Part shown: positions 9,085 through 20,412 of the stretch, piece after piece
Numbering within the stretch: the first letter of the stretch is position 1
Layout of the letters: each line of letters begins with the position of its first letter
Assembly (NCBI GenBank): GCA_903913285.1
Contig: CAIWKO010000045.1
Span: 4,068-68,067 of the forward strand
Source: an uncultured Bacteroidales bacterium
GTDB lineage: Bacteria; Bacteroidota; Bacteroidia; Bacteroidales; CAIWKO01
DNA length: 64,000 nt
Direction: 5' to 3'
Notes under the pieces: generated by a model
What the model saw: the letters and a program-made list of their open reading frames with translations, nothing else
The model's database searches: none
What the model was told of the DNA's origin: nothing
Program-made: the position numbers and the translations under genes

Positions 9085-9768
9085 TTATTTTAATAATTTT
9101 TCTACTAAAACCGGAACACCAAGTCCGGCTTTTTCTTTTATTACAATAAGGTTGCTAAAATTAGAGGCGTTAGCCGCATTGGGGTCGATATAATATTTCG
9201 GAATATTTTGTGGTGCATAATTTATCAAGCCTGCTGCCGGATAAACATTCATTGAAGTACCAATAATCATTGCTATATCTGCCTTGCGAATTAATTCGGT
9301 TGCTTCAATAATTTTAGGGACTGCTTCGCCAAACCAAACAATATGAGGTCTTAGTTGTGAACCTTTTTCGCAGATATCACCCGTCAACAGATCTTTGTAT
9401 CCGATATCGTAAACAAGTTCATCATCGATCGAACTTCTTGCTTTTGTCAGCTCGCCATGAAGATGTAATATTTTTGTCGATCCGGCACGTTCGTGCAAAT
9501 TATCTACATTTTGAGTTATGATCTGCACATTAAATTTTTCTTCGAGTTTAGCCAAAGCATAGTGAGCAGCATTAGGTTCAACAGTTGCTAGTTGACGCCT
9601 GCGTTGATTGTAAAAATCGAGAATAAGTTTGGGATTGTTTTGCCATGCAGCATAAGTAGCAACATCTTCAATACGGTATTCCTCCCAGAGGCCATCACTA
9701 TCTCTAAAGGTCCGGATTCCGCTCTCAGCACTTATCCCGGCACCTGTTAATACAATAATTGTCTGCAT
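9085..9768 (-). CDS. cobB: NAD-dependent protein deacylase (sirtuin, Sir2 family).
   Basis: The protein is 227 aa and contains VLTGAGISAESGIRTFRDSDGLWE, ITQNVDNLHERAG and HLHGEL motifs. Confidence 0.9.
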   Translation of the reverse strand: MQTIIVLTGAGISAESGIRTFRDSDGLWEEYRIEDVATYAAWQNNPKLILDFYNQRRRQLATVEPNAAHYALAKLEEKFNVQIITQNVDNLHERAGSTKILHLHGELTKARSSIDDELVYDIGYKDLLTGDICEKGSQLRPHIVWFGEAVPKIIEATELIRKADIAMIIGTSMNVYPAAGLINYAPQNIPKYYIDPNAANASNFSNLIVIKEKAGLGVPVLVEKLLK

Positions 9769-9803
9769 TAATAAAACAATAAATACTGTTGAACTTCCTT
9801 GTA

Positions 9804-10304
9804 TTATTTTTGAACTCTGGTAAAATATTCCGATCTCCCGATTAAAGAGAATCCAACATATCCATGAATTTCCAGTACGTTTCGTTCAATAAGTTTAAGC
9901 CAGCATGAGTATTTATTTCCCGAATTCTGAGCATCATAAACCTTTCCGTCTACATATTTTCCGGTTCCAGAGTTATAAGTAAAATCTGTAAAGAGAATCA
10001 AATTTTGAAGAAGCCTGCCTCGAAGAGCTGGATTCGGATTATGTTTGTCACGTTTAGGTTTGCCGTCTTCAGGATCGTTCGGATTTTTCAACCAACTAAC
10101 CATAGCATAGTAATAACCACCACTCCGAAAAAAGGTCATTTTACCATCATTATTGGGTGTCCACCATTCACCACAAATATCATCAGCTTTGGATTTGGTT
10201 TGAGCGACTAATTTATTATCTTGAAAGATTAAAAAAAATAATAAAGTAACAGTAATACTAAACTGTAAACAATTTTTTAGGTTTTTCCTGGTTTTATTAT
10301 TCAT
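9804..10304 (-). CDS. DUF2147-family secreted protein.
   Basis: The protein is 166 aa with a signal peptide. It contains GEWWTPNNDGKM...GKVYDAQNSGNKYSCWLKL...LEIHGYVGFSLIGRSEYFTRV, the pattern I associate with DUF2147. Confidence 0.7.
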   Translation of the reverse strand: MNNKTRKNLKNCLQFSITVTLLFFLIFQDNKLVAQTKSKADDICGEWWTPNNDGKMTFFRSGGYYYAMVSWLKNPNDPEDGKPKRDKHNPNPALRGRLLQNLILFTDFTYNSGTGKYVDGKVYDAQNSGNKYSCWLKLIERNVLEIHGYVGFSLIGRSEYFTRVQK

Positions 10305-10554
10305 ACCAACTTAGATAAAATAAAGAATATTTATCCCAACATAAAAGCGATTTCAAAACTATACTATTTATTTTAAAAATCGAAAAGAAATATTTCAAAG
10401 TATGAATTTTTTTTTGAATAACGCTTTTAATAGATTGAAAATGATAACTAAATGTATAATAAAACGAAAACATAATAAAATCCTTTTTGCACTTAACAAA
10501 AAAATGTATTTTTACAAAGTCATTGTAATTGTTTTACCTAAAATTTAAATATCT

Positions 10555-12009
10555 ATGGAAAAAATTCAATTAAACCTTGAAAATTTAAACAACGCATTTC
10601 CCGAAAATTTTACTCCGGAACAAATAGCAAAAGCAAAAACGTTATTCCTAAAAAAATTAGCTGAAAGTGCACATCGTTTTTACGAAGGTAAAATTCAAAC
10701 CGTTCCGAAAGCTCCGGTGATTGGGTTCAACTGGTTTAATGTTTGGTATACACCAGGTGTGTCAAAGGTTTCAACTACTATTCGTGACAATGTTGATACA
10801 TCATTTCAGCTAAGCAATCGGGGAAATTTTGTGGCTGTTGTGAGCGATTCAACCCGTGTTTTAGGTGATGGTGATTGCGGTCCTTCCGGTGGGTTAGGCG
10901 TTATGGAAGGGAAAGCCTTTTTAATGAAATATTTGGGTGGCATTGATGCAGTTGCTCTATGTGTTGATAGCAAAAACGAAAAAGGGGAAAACGATCCGGA
11001 TAAAATTATTCAATTTGTAAAAATGGTTCAACATAGTTTTGGAGCAATTAATCTGGAAGATATTTCACAGCCAAACTGTTTCAAAGTATTGGATGTGCTG
11101 CGGGAAGAATGTGATATACCAGTTTGGCACGATGATGCTCAGGGAACCGCTTGTGTTACGTTAGCAGGACTTTTAAATGCATTGAAATTGGTGGATAAGA
11201 AAATTTCTGATGCCAAGATCGTATTATTTGGTGCGGGGGCATCAAACACAACCATAGCCAGATTAATTATTACTGATGGCGGCGATCCTAAAAAAATCAT
11301 CATGTTTGATACAAAGGGATCTTTGCATATTGACAGGGAAGATATTAAAAAAGACACACGTTTTTATCGTAAATGGGAACTTTGTGAAAAAACAAATCCT
11401 AATAAAATTATGACCATCGAGGAAGCCATGAAAGGTGCCGATGTATTAATTTCTTTATCAACACCGGGTCCTGAAACCGTAAAAAAAGAATGGGTAGCAA
11501 GCATGGCTGAAAAAGCAATTGTATTTGCTTGTGCCAATCCTGTGCCGGAAATTTATCCCTATGCTGCAAAAGAAGCAGGTGCATATATTGTAGCAACCGG
11601 TCGTGGAGATTTTCCGAATCAGGTAAACAATTCCATTGGATTTCCAGGAATTTTAAAAGGTGCATTAATGGTTCGTGCCAAAAAAATTACGGACAATATG
11701 GCAATTGCAGCAGCGCATTCATTAGCCGATTATGCTGAAAAAAGAGGTATCAACCCCGAAAATATTGTTCCGAATATGAACGAAGCATCAGTATTTCCGG
11801 AAGAAGCTGCCGATGTTGCTATGCAGGCAATAAAAGATGGTGTTGCACGCATTCATATCTCGCGCGAAGATGCATTTGCTAAAGCAGAAAAAGATATCAA
11901 AGAGGCACGTGCAATGACTCAAACTTTAGTTGACAATGATTTTATCAAGCAACCTCCTCAAATTATGTTGCAGGAGGCTATTGATTGGGCTATTCAACAA
12001 GTTTCTTAA
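10555..12009 (+). CDS. NAD(P)-dependent malic enzyme (short form, without a phosphotransacetylase domain).
   Basis: The protein is 484 aa and contains VVSDSTRVLGDGDCGPSGGLGVMEGKAFLMKYLGGIDA, NLEDISQPNCF, FGAGASNT and CANPVPEI motifs. Confidence 0.9.
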   Translation: MEKIQLNLENLNNAFPENFTPEQIAKAKTLFLKKLAESAHRFYEGKIQTVPKAPVIGFNWFNVWYTPGVSKVSTTIRDNVDTSFQLSNRGNFVAVVSDSTRVLGDGDCGPSGGLGVMEGKAFLMKYLGGIDAVALCVDSKNEKGENDPDKIIQFVKMVQHSFGAINLEDISQPNCFKVLDVLREECDIPVWHDDAQGTACVTLAGLLNALKLVDKKISDAKIVLFGAGASNTTIARLIITDGGDPKKIIMFDTKGSLHIDREDIKKDTRFYRKWELCEKTNPNKIMTIEEAMKGADVLISLSTPGPETVKKEWVASMAEKAIVFACANPVPEIYPYAAKEAGAYIVATGRGDFPNQVNNSIGFPGILKGALMVRAKKITDNMAIAAAHSLADYAEKRGINPENIVPNMNEASVFPEEAADVAMQAIKDGVARIHISREDAFAKAEKDIKEARAMTQTLVDNDFIKQPPQIMLQEAIDWAIQQVS

Positions 12010-12032
12010 TTTTGTAATGTTTTTATTGAAGC

Positions 12033-12635
12033 ATGATATATTTTATTGAAGGTACATTAGTAGAAAAAAACCCGGCGTATGCCGTTGTCGAAACGGGCGG
12101 AATAGGATATTTAATGCACATATCATTAAATACGTATTCAAAACTAAAAGAGCTAGGTACAATTTGCCGATTGTTGACATATATGGCAATAAAAAACGAA
12201 GCTGCAACACCGGTCGGTGTGACATTATATGGCTTTTATTCCGCTGAAGAACGTGATCTTTATATCAGCTTAATTTCTGTAAACGGAGTCGGAGCTAATA
12301 CAGCACGATTGATACTTTCGTCTCTTACTACTGACGAAGTTATTTCTGCAATAGCAAATGGGCAGGTTGCAATATTTGAACGCGTAAAAGGTATCGGCTC
12401 TAAAACTGCTCAAAAGATAATTATCGATCTGAAAAATAAGTATACAAAAATAGCTATTCAACAGGATATTTTATCGACTGTACACAATACAAATAAAGAA
12501 GAAGCGTTATCAGGATTAGTGATGTTGGGCTTTAATAAAAATATTGCAGAAAAGACACTTGATAAAATTATCAAATCAGATTCTGAAAGTAGCTCGGTTG
12601 AAGAATTAATCAAAAAAGCACTTAAAATATTATAA
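12033..12635 (+). CDS. ruvA: Holliday junction branch migration protein RuvA.
   Basis: The protein is 200 aa. The N-terminus is MIYFIEGTLVEK....VVETGGIGY, and VNGVGANTARLILS / VKGIGSKTAQKIIIDLK are helix-hairpin-helix motifs. Confidence 0.9.
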   Translation: MIYFIEGTLVEKNPAYAVVETGGIGYLMHISLNTYSKLKELGTICRLLTYMAIKNEAATPVGVTLYGFYSAEERDLYISLISVNGVGANTARLILSSLTTDEVISAIANGQVAIFERVKGIGSKTAQKIIIDLKNKYTKIAIQQDILSTVHNTNKEEALSGLVMLGFNKNIAEKTLDKIIKSDSESSSVEELIKKALKIL

Positions 12636-12661
12636 ACAGGTAGAACAAAACAGATTTCTTT

Positions 12662-15600
12662 TTGAAACTTACTAAATATATAGTTCGATTTTTGGCTGTT
12701 GCTTGCATATTATCAATAGCATGGGCAAGTACAATAGATGTAAAACCTAACTATCGTTACTTAACAAACAAACTTATCACTCCCCCGGATACAAATCCGC
12801 CGGATACTACATTACCTTTTCCTTTCCATGATAATTCAGGAGATCCATACAGCACCCAACAAAATGGTGGTTTGTATCTTAACACGCCTTCCAATATTAA
12901 AACAGATGTAATTTACGATCCTGATGATAATGAGTATATATTAAGAAGTACTGCCGGAACACTTGATACACGCCAGCCAACGTATATGTCTTTTGGTGAT
13001 TATCAACAATATGATATGGATCAGGCCATGCAAAAATACTGGCGCGAAAAAACAAAAGCAAACCGCATAACAAAAGGTAATGGTAGTCTTATCGGTCCGA
13101 TCAGGATTAATAATAAGACCTTTGGTGATATATTTGGAGGAAATACTATTGACATCAAACCTACCGGATCTGCAGAACTTATCTTTGGCGTTATTTCGAC
13201 CAATACAAAAAATCCGGCACTCGATGTAAAACAACGCCGATCGACCAATTTTGATTTTCAGGAAAAGATACAAATGAATGTTACGGCAAAAATTGGAGAT
13301 AAAATTCAATTTGGCGTAAATTATAATACGGAATCCTCTTTCGATTTCGAAAATAAAATGAACCTGAAATACGAAGGTAAAGAAGACGAAATCATTCAAT
13401 TGATCGAAGGTGGAGATGTTTCACTACCGCTGACTACTACGCTTATAACCGGAAATCAATCACTTTTCGGGATAAAAGCCAAACTTAAATTTGGCAGATC
13501 GACCATAACCGCACTTTGGGCTCAACAAAAAAGTAAAACGCAAAATATTACGGTATCCGGTGGAGCCCAAACCAGTACATTTGATGTGAAAGCTGATGCA
13601 TACGAAGAAAATAAACACTTTTTTCTCTCACAATATTTTCGCGATAATTATGAAAATGCTTTAAAAAAGCTCCCTATTGTAACCTCCAACATCAATATTA
13701 CAAATATTGAACTTTGGATTACCAATATTGGTGCTGCAACAACAGATAATAGAAATATTGTTGCTTTTCAGGATATAGGTGAAGGTCAAAAGATCTATAA
13801 CCCGAATATTTATTCCACAGGATATTATCCGAGTAATCACGCAAATAATTTGTACTCATTAAATGGCTCATCTTATATTGATATTTCTCAAATACGGATT
13901 CTGAATAATGTAAATAATTATTTGGCTGCAAAAAGTTTTTCAAATGGTGTAGATTACGAAAAAGTAGAACTTGCCCGAAAACTTCAGCCATCAGAATATA
14001 CATTTAACAGCAAAATTGGATTTATTTCTTTGAATACTTCACTCAATTCTGATCAGGTTCTCGCAGTTGCATATCAATATACTCTTGTTGGCGATACAAC
14101 AGTCTATCAGGTCGGAGAACTGACAAGTACCGGGGTTAGTGCACCCAGTTGTTTAATGGTTAAATTATTAAAAAGTACGTCTTTAAACACAAAGGTTCCA
14201 TTGTGGAATCTTATGATGAAAAATGTTTATGCTATTGGTGGCTATCAGATTAATCCTGAGGATTTCCGTTTAAATGTATTATTTTCGGGTAACGACCAAG
14301 GAGTTCCAATGGGCTATCTAACGGAAGGTGCTGTAAATGCTGTACCACTTATCCGTGTTTTAGGTTGTGATCGTTTGGATATGAGCCAAAATCCGATTCC
14401 GGATGGAGTGTTTGATTTTATTGGAAATGCAGCAACTGCTGGAGGTTTGATCCAAGCTTCGAACGGCCGGATTTATTTCCCGGTATTAGAACCTTTTGGA
14501 AGTAATCTGAGAAAGGCCATTACAGGAGGAAACTCTTCTTTAAATTCAATTGCGGATAAATATTGTTACGATTCACTGTATACAATGACAAAAACAGGAG
14601 CACAACAATATCCGGATAAAAACAAATTTTCATTACAAGGTTTTTACAAATCAGCTTCCGGGGCAGAAATTTCATTAGGTGCAATGAATGTTCCTCAGGG
14701 ATCAGTTAAAGTTACTGCGGGTGGCATTCCTTTAGCAGAAAACGTTGATTATACTGTAGATTATACCCTTGGAAGAGTAAAAATTATTAATCAGGGTGTA
14801 TTAAATTCCGGAACTCCCATTAATATTTCACTGGAAAATAACAGTATGTTTAACATTCAGACAAAGACATTGATGGGGTTACGGTATGATTATATGATCA
14901 GTAAGAATTTTAATATAGGCGGTACTGTTTTAAATTTGACCGAAAAACCCTTAACACAAAAAGTAAATTATGGGGATGAACCTATTTCTAATACGATCTG
15001 GGGAGTTGATGGTGCCTATTCTACGGATGCCCGTTGGTTGACAAAGCTGGTAGATATGATTCCTTTAATTCAAACTAAGGCTCCTTCTTCTATCAATATG
15101 AATGGCGAATTTGCAAATCTTATTCCCGGACATTCAAAGGCGATCGGTAAATCCGGAACTACTTATATCGACGATTTTGAAAGCAGTAATTCGAGCATCG
15201 ATCTAAAAAATGTAGGTAGTTGGTTTATGGCAAGTACACCTCAGGGTCAAACGGACCTGTTTCCTGAAGGAGCAATCAATAGCGGACTTGCTTTTAATTA
15301 TAACAGAGCAAAATTTGCTTGGTATGTGATTGACCCTTCAGTGTTTTTCAGAAATAACAATCAGTTACCTCCTAATATTACAAAAGACGATATTTCAAAT
15401 CATTTTGTTCGTGAGGTTTTTGAACAGGAAGTTTTCCCTAATAAACAACCTGTTGATGGCCAGCCATCGGATATAGCCGTTTTAAATCTTGCTTATTACC
15501 CCAGAGAAAGAGGACCGAACAATTATGATGTAACCGGTTCGGAAGGATTTTCGGCTGGTTTAAATGCAGATGGAACACTTGCTGCTCCTGATTCCCGCTG

Positions 15601-18600
15601 GGCAGGAATGATGCGCAGGATTGAATCAACCGATTTTGAAGAAACCAACGTAGAATATATTCAATTCTGGATGATGGACCCGTTTGTTTATAATACATCA
15701 GCTGTTGGCGGACAAATGTATATTAATTTAGGCGATATCTCTGAAGATGTTCTGAGAGATTCGCGTAAAAGTATAGAAAACGGATTACCCGCAAATGGGG
15801 ACACTACAGGTGTTGTTGATTATACAATGTGGGGGTTGGTTCCTAAATCTCAACCTTTAACCAATTCCTTTGATAATAATGAATCATCACGTCAATATCA
15901 GGATGTCGGACTTGATGGTTTGCGCGATGTGGATGAACGCAATTATTTCAGTGCATATATCAACAAAGTGTTGGCTGCTTTTCCGGGATCACAGGCATTG
16001 ACCAATGCAACGGCGGACCCGTCAGGAGATGATTTTCATTATTTTCGTGGACCAGATTATGACAATCAGAGTAAAACTATTTTACAACGGTATAAAAATT
16101 TTAATAGTACAGAAGGAAATTCCCCAACAGATGCTCAGACTCAGGCGAATTACGGAGTTAGTTATCCCATGCAGTCTACGACCTTACCTGATGGCGAAGA
16201 TATTAACAGGGATAATACGTTAAGTGAAAGTGAACGTTATTTCCAATATCGAATAGATCTAACTCCAAGCAAAATGTTGGTTGGGCAGAATTATATCACC
16301 GATATGCTGGATGCTACAACAGGGACACTCCCTAATGGTTCTTCGGGCACTGTGCGTTGGTATCAGTTTAAAGTACCTATTCAATCTCCTGATAAAATAG
16401 TTGGCGGAATTCAGGATTTTAAATCGATCCGTTTTATTAGAGTCTTTTTTAAAGGCGTTACCGATTCCCTTATTTGCAGATTTGCTACATTTGATCTGGT
16501 TCGTGGTGACTGGCGGCGTTATAATTATGCATTATTAAGCCCGGGAGAATATATTCCAAATGATGACCAAACTTCTACGACTTTTGATGTTTCGGCAGTT
16601 AACCTTGAAGAAAATGGTCAACGTTCACCTATTCCTTATGTTCTACCTCCCGGAATTGACCGGGAAACAAATGCTGCTAGTACAACATTACAGCAACTTA
16701 ATGAACAATCACTTTCTTTAACGGTATGCAACCTGATGGATGGTGATGCACGGGCAGTTTATAAAACCTGCGATTTTGATATGCGTCGTTTTAAAACATT
16801 AAAGATGTTCGTTCATGCTGAAGCGCACAATAGTCAAAATGATATCAAAGATGGTGACCTAAATGTTTTTATTCGTTTAGGTTCTGATTTTAAAGATAAT
16901 TATTACGAATACGAAATACCTTTAGAAATCACACCTTGGTTTGAAAGTGATCCGGATAAAATATGGCCTGAAAACAATAGAATGGAAATTACCTTGGACG
17001 ACTTGGTACAAGCAAAGAAAAACAGAAATATTCAACTGAGAGAAGCCGGTTCTGGCGTTTCATTATCTTTACCTTTCATTAGTTATGATAGCAAGAATAA
17101 TAAGATATCTGTTATTGGAAATCCAAGTATCAGCGATGTAAAAGTAATAATGATCGGGCTCAGAAATCCAAAACGAGGAAATAGTAAATCAATTGATGAT
17201 GGTAAAGATAAATGTGCAGAAGTATGGGTTGATGAATTGCGTTTAACTGATTTTAATCAGAGTGGAGGGTGGGCTGCTACGGGTCGGATTGCGGCAACCC
17301 TGGCCGATTTTGGAAATTTAAGTTTAGCTGGTGCTATCAGTACTCCAGGATTTGGAAGCATTGATAAAAAGGTTAATGAACTCCAAAAGGAAACAATTAT
17401 TTCCTACAATATCGCCACTAATCTTGAGCTTGGTAAATTTTTCCCTCAAAAATGGGGAGTAAAAATTCCTATGCACTTTGATTATTCTGAAATAAGAAGC
17501 ACACCTGAATATAGTCCTCTTAATCCAGATGAGTTCTATAAGGATGAAATTAGTACGTTCGCAAATAAGAACGATCGCGATTCAATCAGAAAAATAACTC
17601 AGGATGTTATTACACAAAAAAGTTTAAATTTCATGAATGTGAGAAAAACAAAAGTGGGGGCTTCTACAAAAAACCACATTTATGATCTGGAAAACTTTGA
17701 CTTATCATATGCTTATACCGAATTGTATCATAGAAATATTGATATAGAATATGATCGAAAAACAACACATGTAGGAGGATTAGGGTATAATTATACGGCT
17801 ACTCTCAAACCAGTGAAACCTTTCGATAAATGGAAACTTATTTCTAAATCAAAATGGCTGCGCATAGTTAAAGATTTCAACTTTTATTATATGCCCAAAA
17901 TGCTTTCGTTCAGAACCGATTTGAACAAGAATTTTGAAGAAAATTTATTACGAAATAAAACAAATGCAATTATTATTTTAGAACCTACTTATATCAAACA
18001 TTTTGGATGGACTCGCGATTATGGTTTGAAATGGGATCTTACACAAAATCTGAAACTCGACTATCAGGCACATGCTATTGCATTAATTGATGAACCTGCC
18101 GGGAAGGTTGATAAAAGTGTTCCTGATTATAAAGAAAAAAGAGATTCTATTTGGAATAACGTTTTGAATTTTGGTCGTATGACTAATTATACTCAAACTG
18201 TCGATATTAATTATACTGTACCTATAAATAAAATACCAGCATTTAATTGGTTAAACTTAACGGCACGTTATGGTGGTACCTATAATTGGCAAGCTTTGCC
18301 ATTAACCACTAATGATGCTGGGACCATTATCGACAATCCATTGGGGAATAAAATTGAAAATTCAAATACAGAGCAATTAAACCTTACAGGAAATTTGGTC
18401 AATTTATATAATAAAGTTGGGTATTTGAAAAAGATCAATGATAAAAATAAAGGAGGAGGGAAGGATGTCAATAAGAAGAAGTCAAATATGCCAGCTACTG
18501 CTGAAGATTCAATTAAACCCAAAGTAAATTACTTTAAAACAATTATCGACAATACATTAAGATTGTTAATGAGCATCAAAACCGTTAATATTTCATATCA

Positions 18601-19951
18601 GGAAAGCAACGGTCGTGCATTACCCGGCTTTATGAACAAACCGGTTGCTTTAGGAATGGATTGGAAAACCATGTCGCCTACTTTGGGATTTGTATTTGGC
18701 AGCCCGGGAGATATGTTTGCTTCAACGGGTGATATTGTTGGGAGGGCGTTTGAAAAAGGATGGATATCACATGATACCACTTTAAATACTCCATTTGCTA
18801 TAAAACAAACAAAAGTTTTGAATGGCCAGATATCTTTAGAACCAATAAACGGATTAAAGATTGATATCACTGCAAATACAAATTTTGCGAAACAAAACCA
18901 GGCATATTATAGATATTTGGGTGATAATCAGATGAGTGAACCTTTTTCTATGGTTGAAACCGGAAATTTCAGCATGACTGTTATTGCCTGGAAAACTGCT
19001 TTTAAAAAGGATAATAAAGATAATTCATCGGATATTTTTAATTTGTTCAAAACAGATCGTTTAATAATTGCAACACGTCTGGCTGAACTAAATCCACATT
19101 CAACACACCTTATTGTTGATTCTACAAAATTCCCTGATGGTTATGGGCCTACATCACAAGATGTTCTTATTCCTGCTTTTTTGGCTGCTTATTTAGGAAA
19201 AGATCCTAATAAAATATCTCTTTCACCATTTTCGGAAAAGATATTGAAGGAGATACCTCTGCCTAACTGGAGAATAACATACAATGGTCTTACCAAGATC
19301 GGATTTATCAAAAGATACTTTAAATCTATTACCTTAAGCCATACATATCGGGCTACTTATAATGTAAGTTCTTTTAATACCAATGTGGTTTATAAGGAAG
19401 ATGATGATGGTTATGCGTTTATTAGAGATCAGATCGGAAATTTCCTTTCTAAAAAAGAGATAGGTCAAATATCCATTACAGAGCAATTTAGTCCACTTTT
19501 AGGGATTGATATGACAATGGTAAACAGCTTATTGTTTAAATTTGAATGGAAGAAATCGAGAAATTTAGGCTTGAGCTTTGCCAATAATCAACTTACTGAA
19601 ATATCTACTAATGAATATATTATCGGAGCAGGATATCGTATCAAAGATGTATCTTTCTCTATCAAAATGGGTGGAAAGCTAAAACCAATAAAGAGCGATC
19701 TGAATCTAAAAGCAGATTTTTCTATCCGGCAAAATAAAACCACACTTAGAAAATTAGTAGAAAATCAGGACCAGGTTTCTGCAGGTGGTCAGATTTTATC
19801 TATTAATATTTCTGCCGACTATCAGATAAGCGAAAAATTCAATATCCGTGCATTTTACGATCATATTATAAATACTCCTTATGTTTCTTCTCAATACCCT
19901 AATTCAAATATTAATGGAGGTATAAGTTTACGGTTTACTCTTGCTCAATAA
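12662..19951 (+). CDS. sprA: T9SS translocon / cell-surface protein SprA.
   Basis: The protein is 2429 aa, with a signal-like N-terminus and beta-rich sequence throughout. The size and the position directly downstream of ruvA match the arrangement I recall for Bacteroidota sprA. The only in-frame start at the 5' end is TTG at 12662. Confidence 0.85.
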   Translation: MKLTKYIVRFLAVACILSIAWASTIDVKPNYRYLTNKLITPPDTNPPDTTLPFPFHDNSGDPYSTQQNGGLYLNTPSNIKTDVIYDPDDNEYILRSTAGTLDTRQPTYMSFGDYQQYDMDQAMQKYWREKTKANRITKGNGSLIGPIRINNKTFGDIFGGNTIDIKPTGSAELIFGVISTNTKNPALDVKQRRSTNFDFQEKIQMNVTAKIGDKIQFGVNYNTESSFDFENKMNLKYEGKEDEIIQLIEGGDVSLPLTTTLITGNQSLFGIKAKLKFGRSTITALWAQQKSKTQNITVSGGAQTSTFDVKADAYEENKHFFLSQYFRDNYENALKKLPIVTSNINITNIELWITNIGAATTDNRNIVAFQDIGEGQKIYNPNIYSTGYYPSNHANNLYSLNGSSYIDISQIRILNNVNNYLAAKSFSNGVDYEKVELARKLQPSEYTFNSKIGFISLNTSLNSDQVLAVAYQYTLVGDTTVYQVGELTSTGVSAPSCLMVKLLKSTSLNTKVPLWNLMMKNVYAIGGYQINPEDFRLNVLFSGNDQGVPMGYLTEGAVNAVPLIRVLGCDRLDMSQNPIPDGVFDFIGNAATAGGLIQASNGRIYFPVLEPFGSNLRKAITGGNSSLNSIADKYCYDSLYTMTKTGAQQYPDKNKFSLQGFYKSASGAEISLGAMNVPQGSVKVTAGGIPLAENVDYTVDYTLGRVKIINQGVLNSGTPINISLENNSMFNIQTKTLMGLRYDYMISKNFNIGGTVLNLTEKPLTQKVNYGDEPISNTIWGVDGAYSTDARWLTKLVDMIPLIQTKAPSSINMNGEFANLIPGHSKAIGKSGTTYIDDFESSNSSIDLKNVGSWFMASTPQGQTDLFPEGAINSGLAFNYNRAKFAWYVIDPSVFFRNNNQLPPNITKDDISNHFVREVFEQEVFPNKQPVDGQPSDIAVLNLAYYPRERGPNNYDVTGSEGFSAGLNADGTLAAPDSRWAGMMRRIESTDFEETNVEYIQFWMMDPFVYNTSAVGGQMYINLGDISEDVLRDSRKSIENGLPANGDTTGVVDYTMWGLVPKSQPLTNSFDNNESSRQYQDVGLDGLRDVDERNYFSAYINKVLAAFPGSQALTNATADPSGDDFHYFRGPDYDNQSKTILQRYKNFNSTEGNSPTDAQTQANYGVSYPMQSTTLPDGEDINRDNTLSESERYFQYRIDLTPSKMLVGQNYITDMLDATTGTLPNGSSGTVRWYQFKVPIQSPDKIVGGIQDFKSIRFIRVFFKGVTDSLICRFATFDLVRGDWRRYNYALLSPGEYIPNDDQTSTTFDVSAVNLEENGQRSPIPYVLPPGIDRETNAASTTLQQLNEQSLSLTVCNLMDGDARAVYKTCDFDMRRFKTLKMFVHAEAHNSQNDIKDGDLNVFIRLGSDFKDNYYEYEIPLEITPWFESDPDKIWPENNRMEITLDDLVQAKKNRNIQLREAGSGVSLSLPFISYDSKNNKISVIGNPSISDVKVIMIGLRNPKRGNSKSIDDGKDKCAEVWVDELRLTDFNQSGGWAATGRIAATLADFGNLSLAGAISTPGFGSIDKKVNELQKETIISYNIATNLELGKFFPQKWGVKIPMHFDYSEIRSTPEYSPLNPDEFYKDEISTFANKNDRDSIRKITQDVITQKSLNFMNVRKTKVGASTKNHIYDLENFDLSYAYTELYHRNIDIEYDRKTTHVGGLGYNYTATLKPVKPFDKWKLISKSKWLRIVKDFNFYYMPKMLSFRTDLNKNFEENLLRNKTNAIIILEPTYIKHFGWTRDYGLKWDLTQNLKLDYQAHAIALIDEPAGKVDKSVPDYKEKRDSIWNNVLNFGRMTNYTQTVDINYTVPINKIPAFNWLNLTARYGGTYNWQALPLTTNDAGTIIDNPLGNKIENSNTEQLNLTGNLVNLYNKVGYLKKINDKNKGGGKDVNKKKSNMPATAEDSIKPKVNYFKTIIDNTLRLLMSIKTVNISYQESNGRALPGFMNKPVALGMDWKTMSPTLGFVFGSPGDMFASTGDIVGRAFEKGWISHDTTLNTPFAIKQTKVLNGQISLEPINGLKIDITANTNFAKQNQAYYRYLGDNQMSEPFSMVETGNFSMTVIAWKTAFKKDNKDNSSDIFNLFKTDRLIIATRLAELNPHSTHLIVDSTKFPDGYGPTSQDVLIPAFLAAYLGKDPNKISLSPFSEKILKEIPLPNWRITYNGLTKIGFIKRYFKSITLSHTYRATYNVSSFNTNVVYKEDDDGYAFIRDQIGNFLSKKEIGQISITEQFSPLLGIDMTMVNSLLFKFEWKKSRNLGLSFANNQLTEISTNEYIIGAGYRIKDVSFSIKMGGKLKPIKSDLNLKADFSIRQNKTTLRKLVENQDQVSAGGQILSINISADYQISEKFNIRAFYDHIINTPYVSSQYPNSNINGGISLRFTLAQ

Positions 19952-19979
19952 AAAGTTACTGTCCGATTGTAAAAAATAG

Positions 19980-19987
19980 TATTTTTG
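19980..19987 (+). promoter_or_regulatory. Candidate -7 promoter box (TAnnTTTG) for gcvH.
   Basis: TATTTTTG lies 26 nt upstream of the ATG at 20013. Confidence 0.4.
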
Positions 19988-20012
19988 AAAAAATTTTAAA
20001 TAATAATTAAAA

Positions 20013-20393
20013 ATGAAAATAGCAGATAATTTATTGTATACTGAATCCCACGAATGGGTTAAAGTTGATGGCGATGAAGCTTACATCGGAATCTCTGATT
20101 TTGCTCAGCACGAATTGGGAGACATTGTTTTTGTTGAAGTTGATACGGTTGGTGAAACTATGGGTAAGGGTGAAACTTTTGGAACTATCGAAGCTGTGAA
20201 AACAGTGTCTGATATGTATTTACCCGTTAGCGGTGAGATTTTGGAATTTAACACCCTGATCGAATCGAATCCTGAAACCATCAATAAAGATCCTTATGGT
20301 GAAGGCTGGATCGTTAAAGTAAAAATGACCAATAAAGCCGAACTGGATTCTTTGATGAAAGCCGATGTCTATAAGTCACATGTTAATGCATAA
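20013..20393 (+). CDS. gcvH: Glycine cleavage system H protein.
   Basis: The protein is 126 aa. It contains YTESHEWVK, then GTIEAVKTVSDMYLPVSGEI (lipoyl-lysine motif) and DPYGEGWIVKV. Confidence 0.95.
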   Translation: MKIADNLLYTESHEWVKVDGDEAYIGISDFAQHELGDIVFVEVDTVGETMGKGETFGTIEAVKTVSDMYLPVSGEILEFNTLIESNPETINKDPYGEGWIVKVKMTNKAELDSLMKADVYKSHVNA

Positions 20394-20412
20394 TTAATTC
20401 ATAAAATACTTT

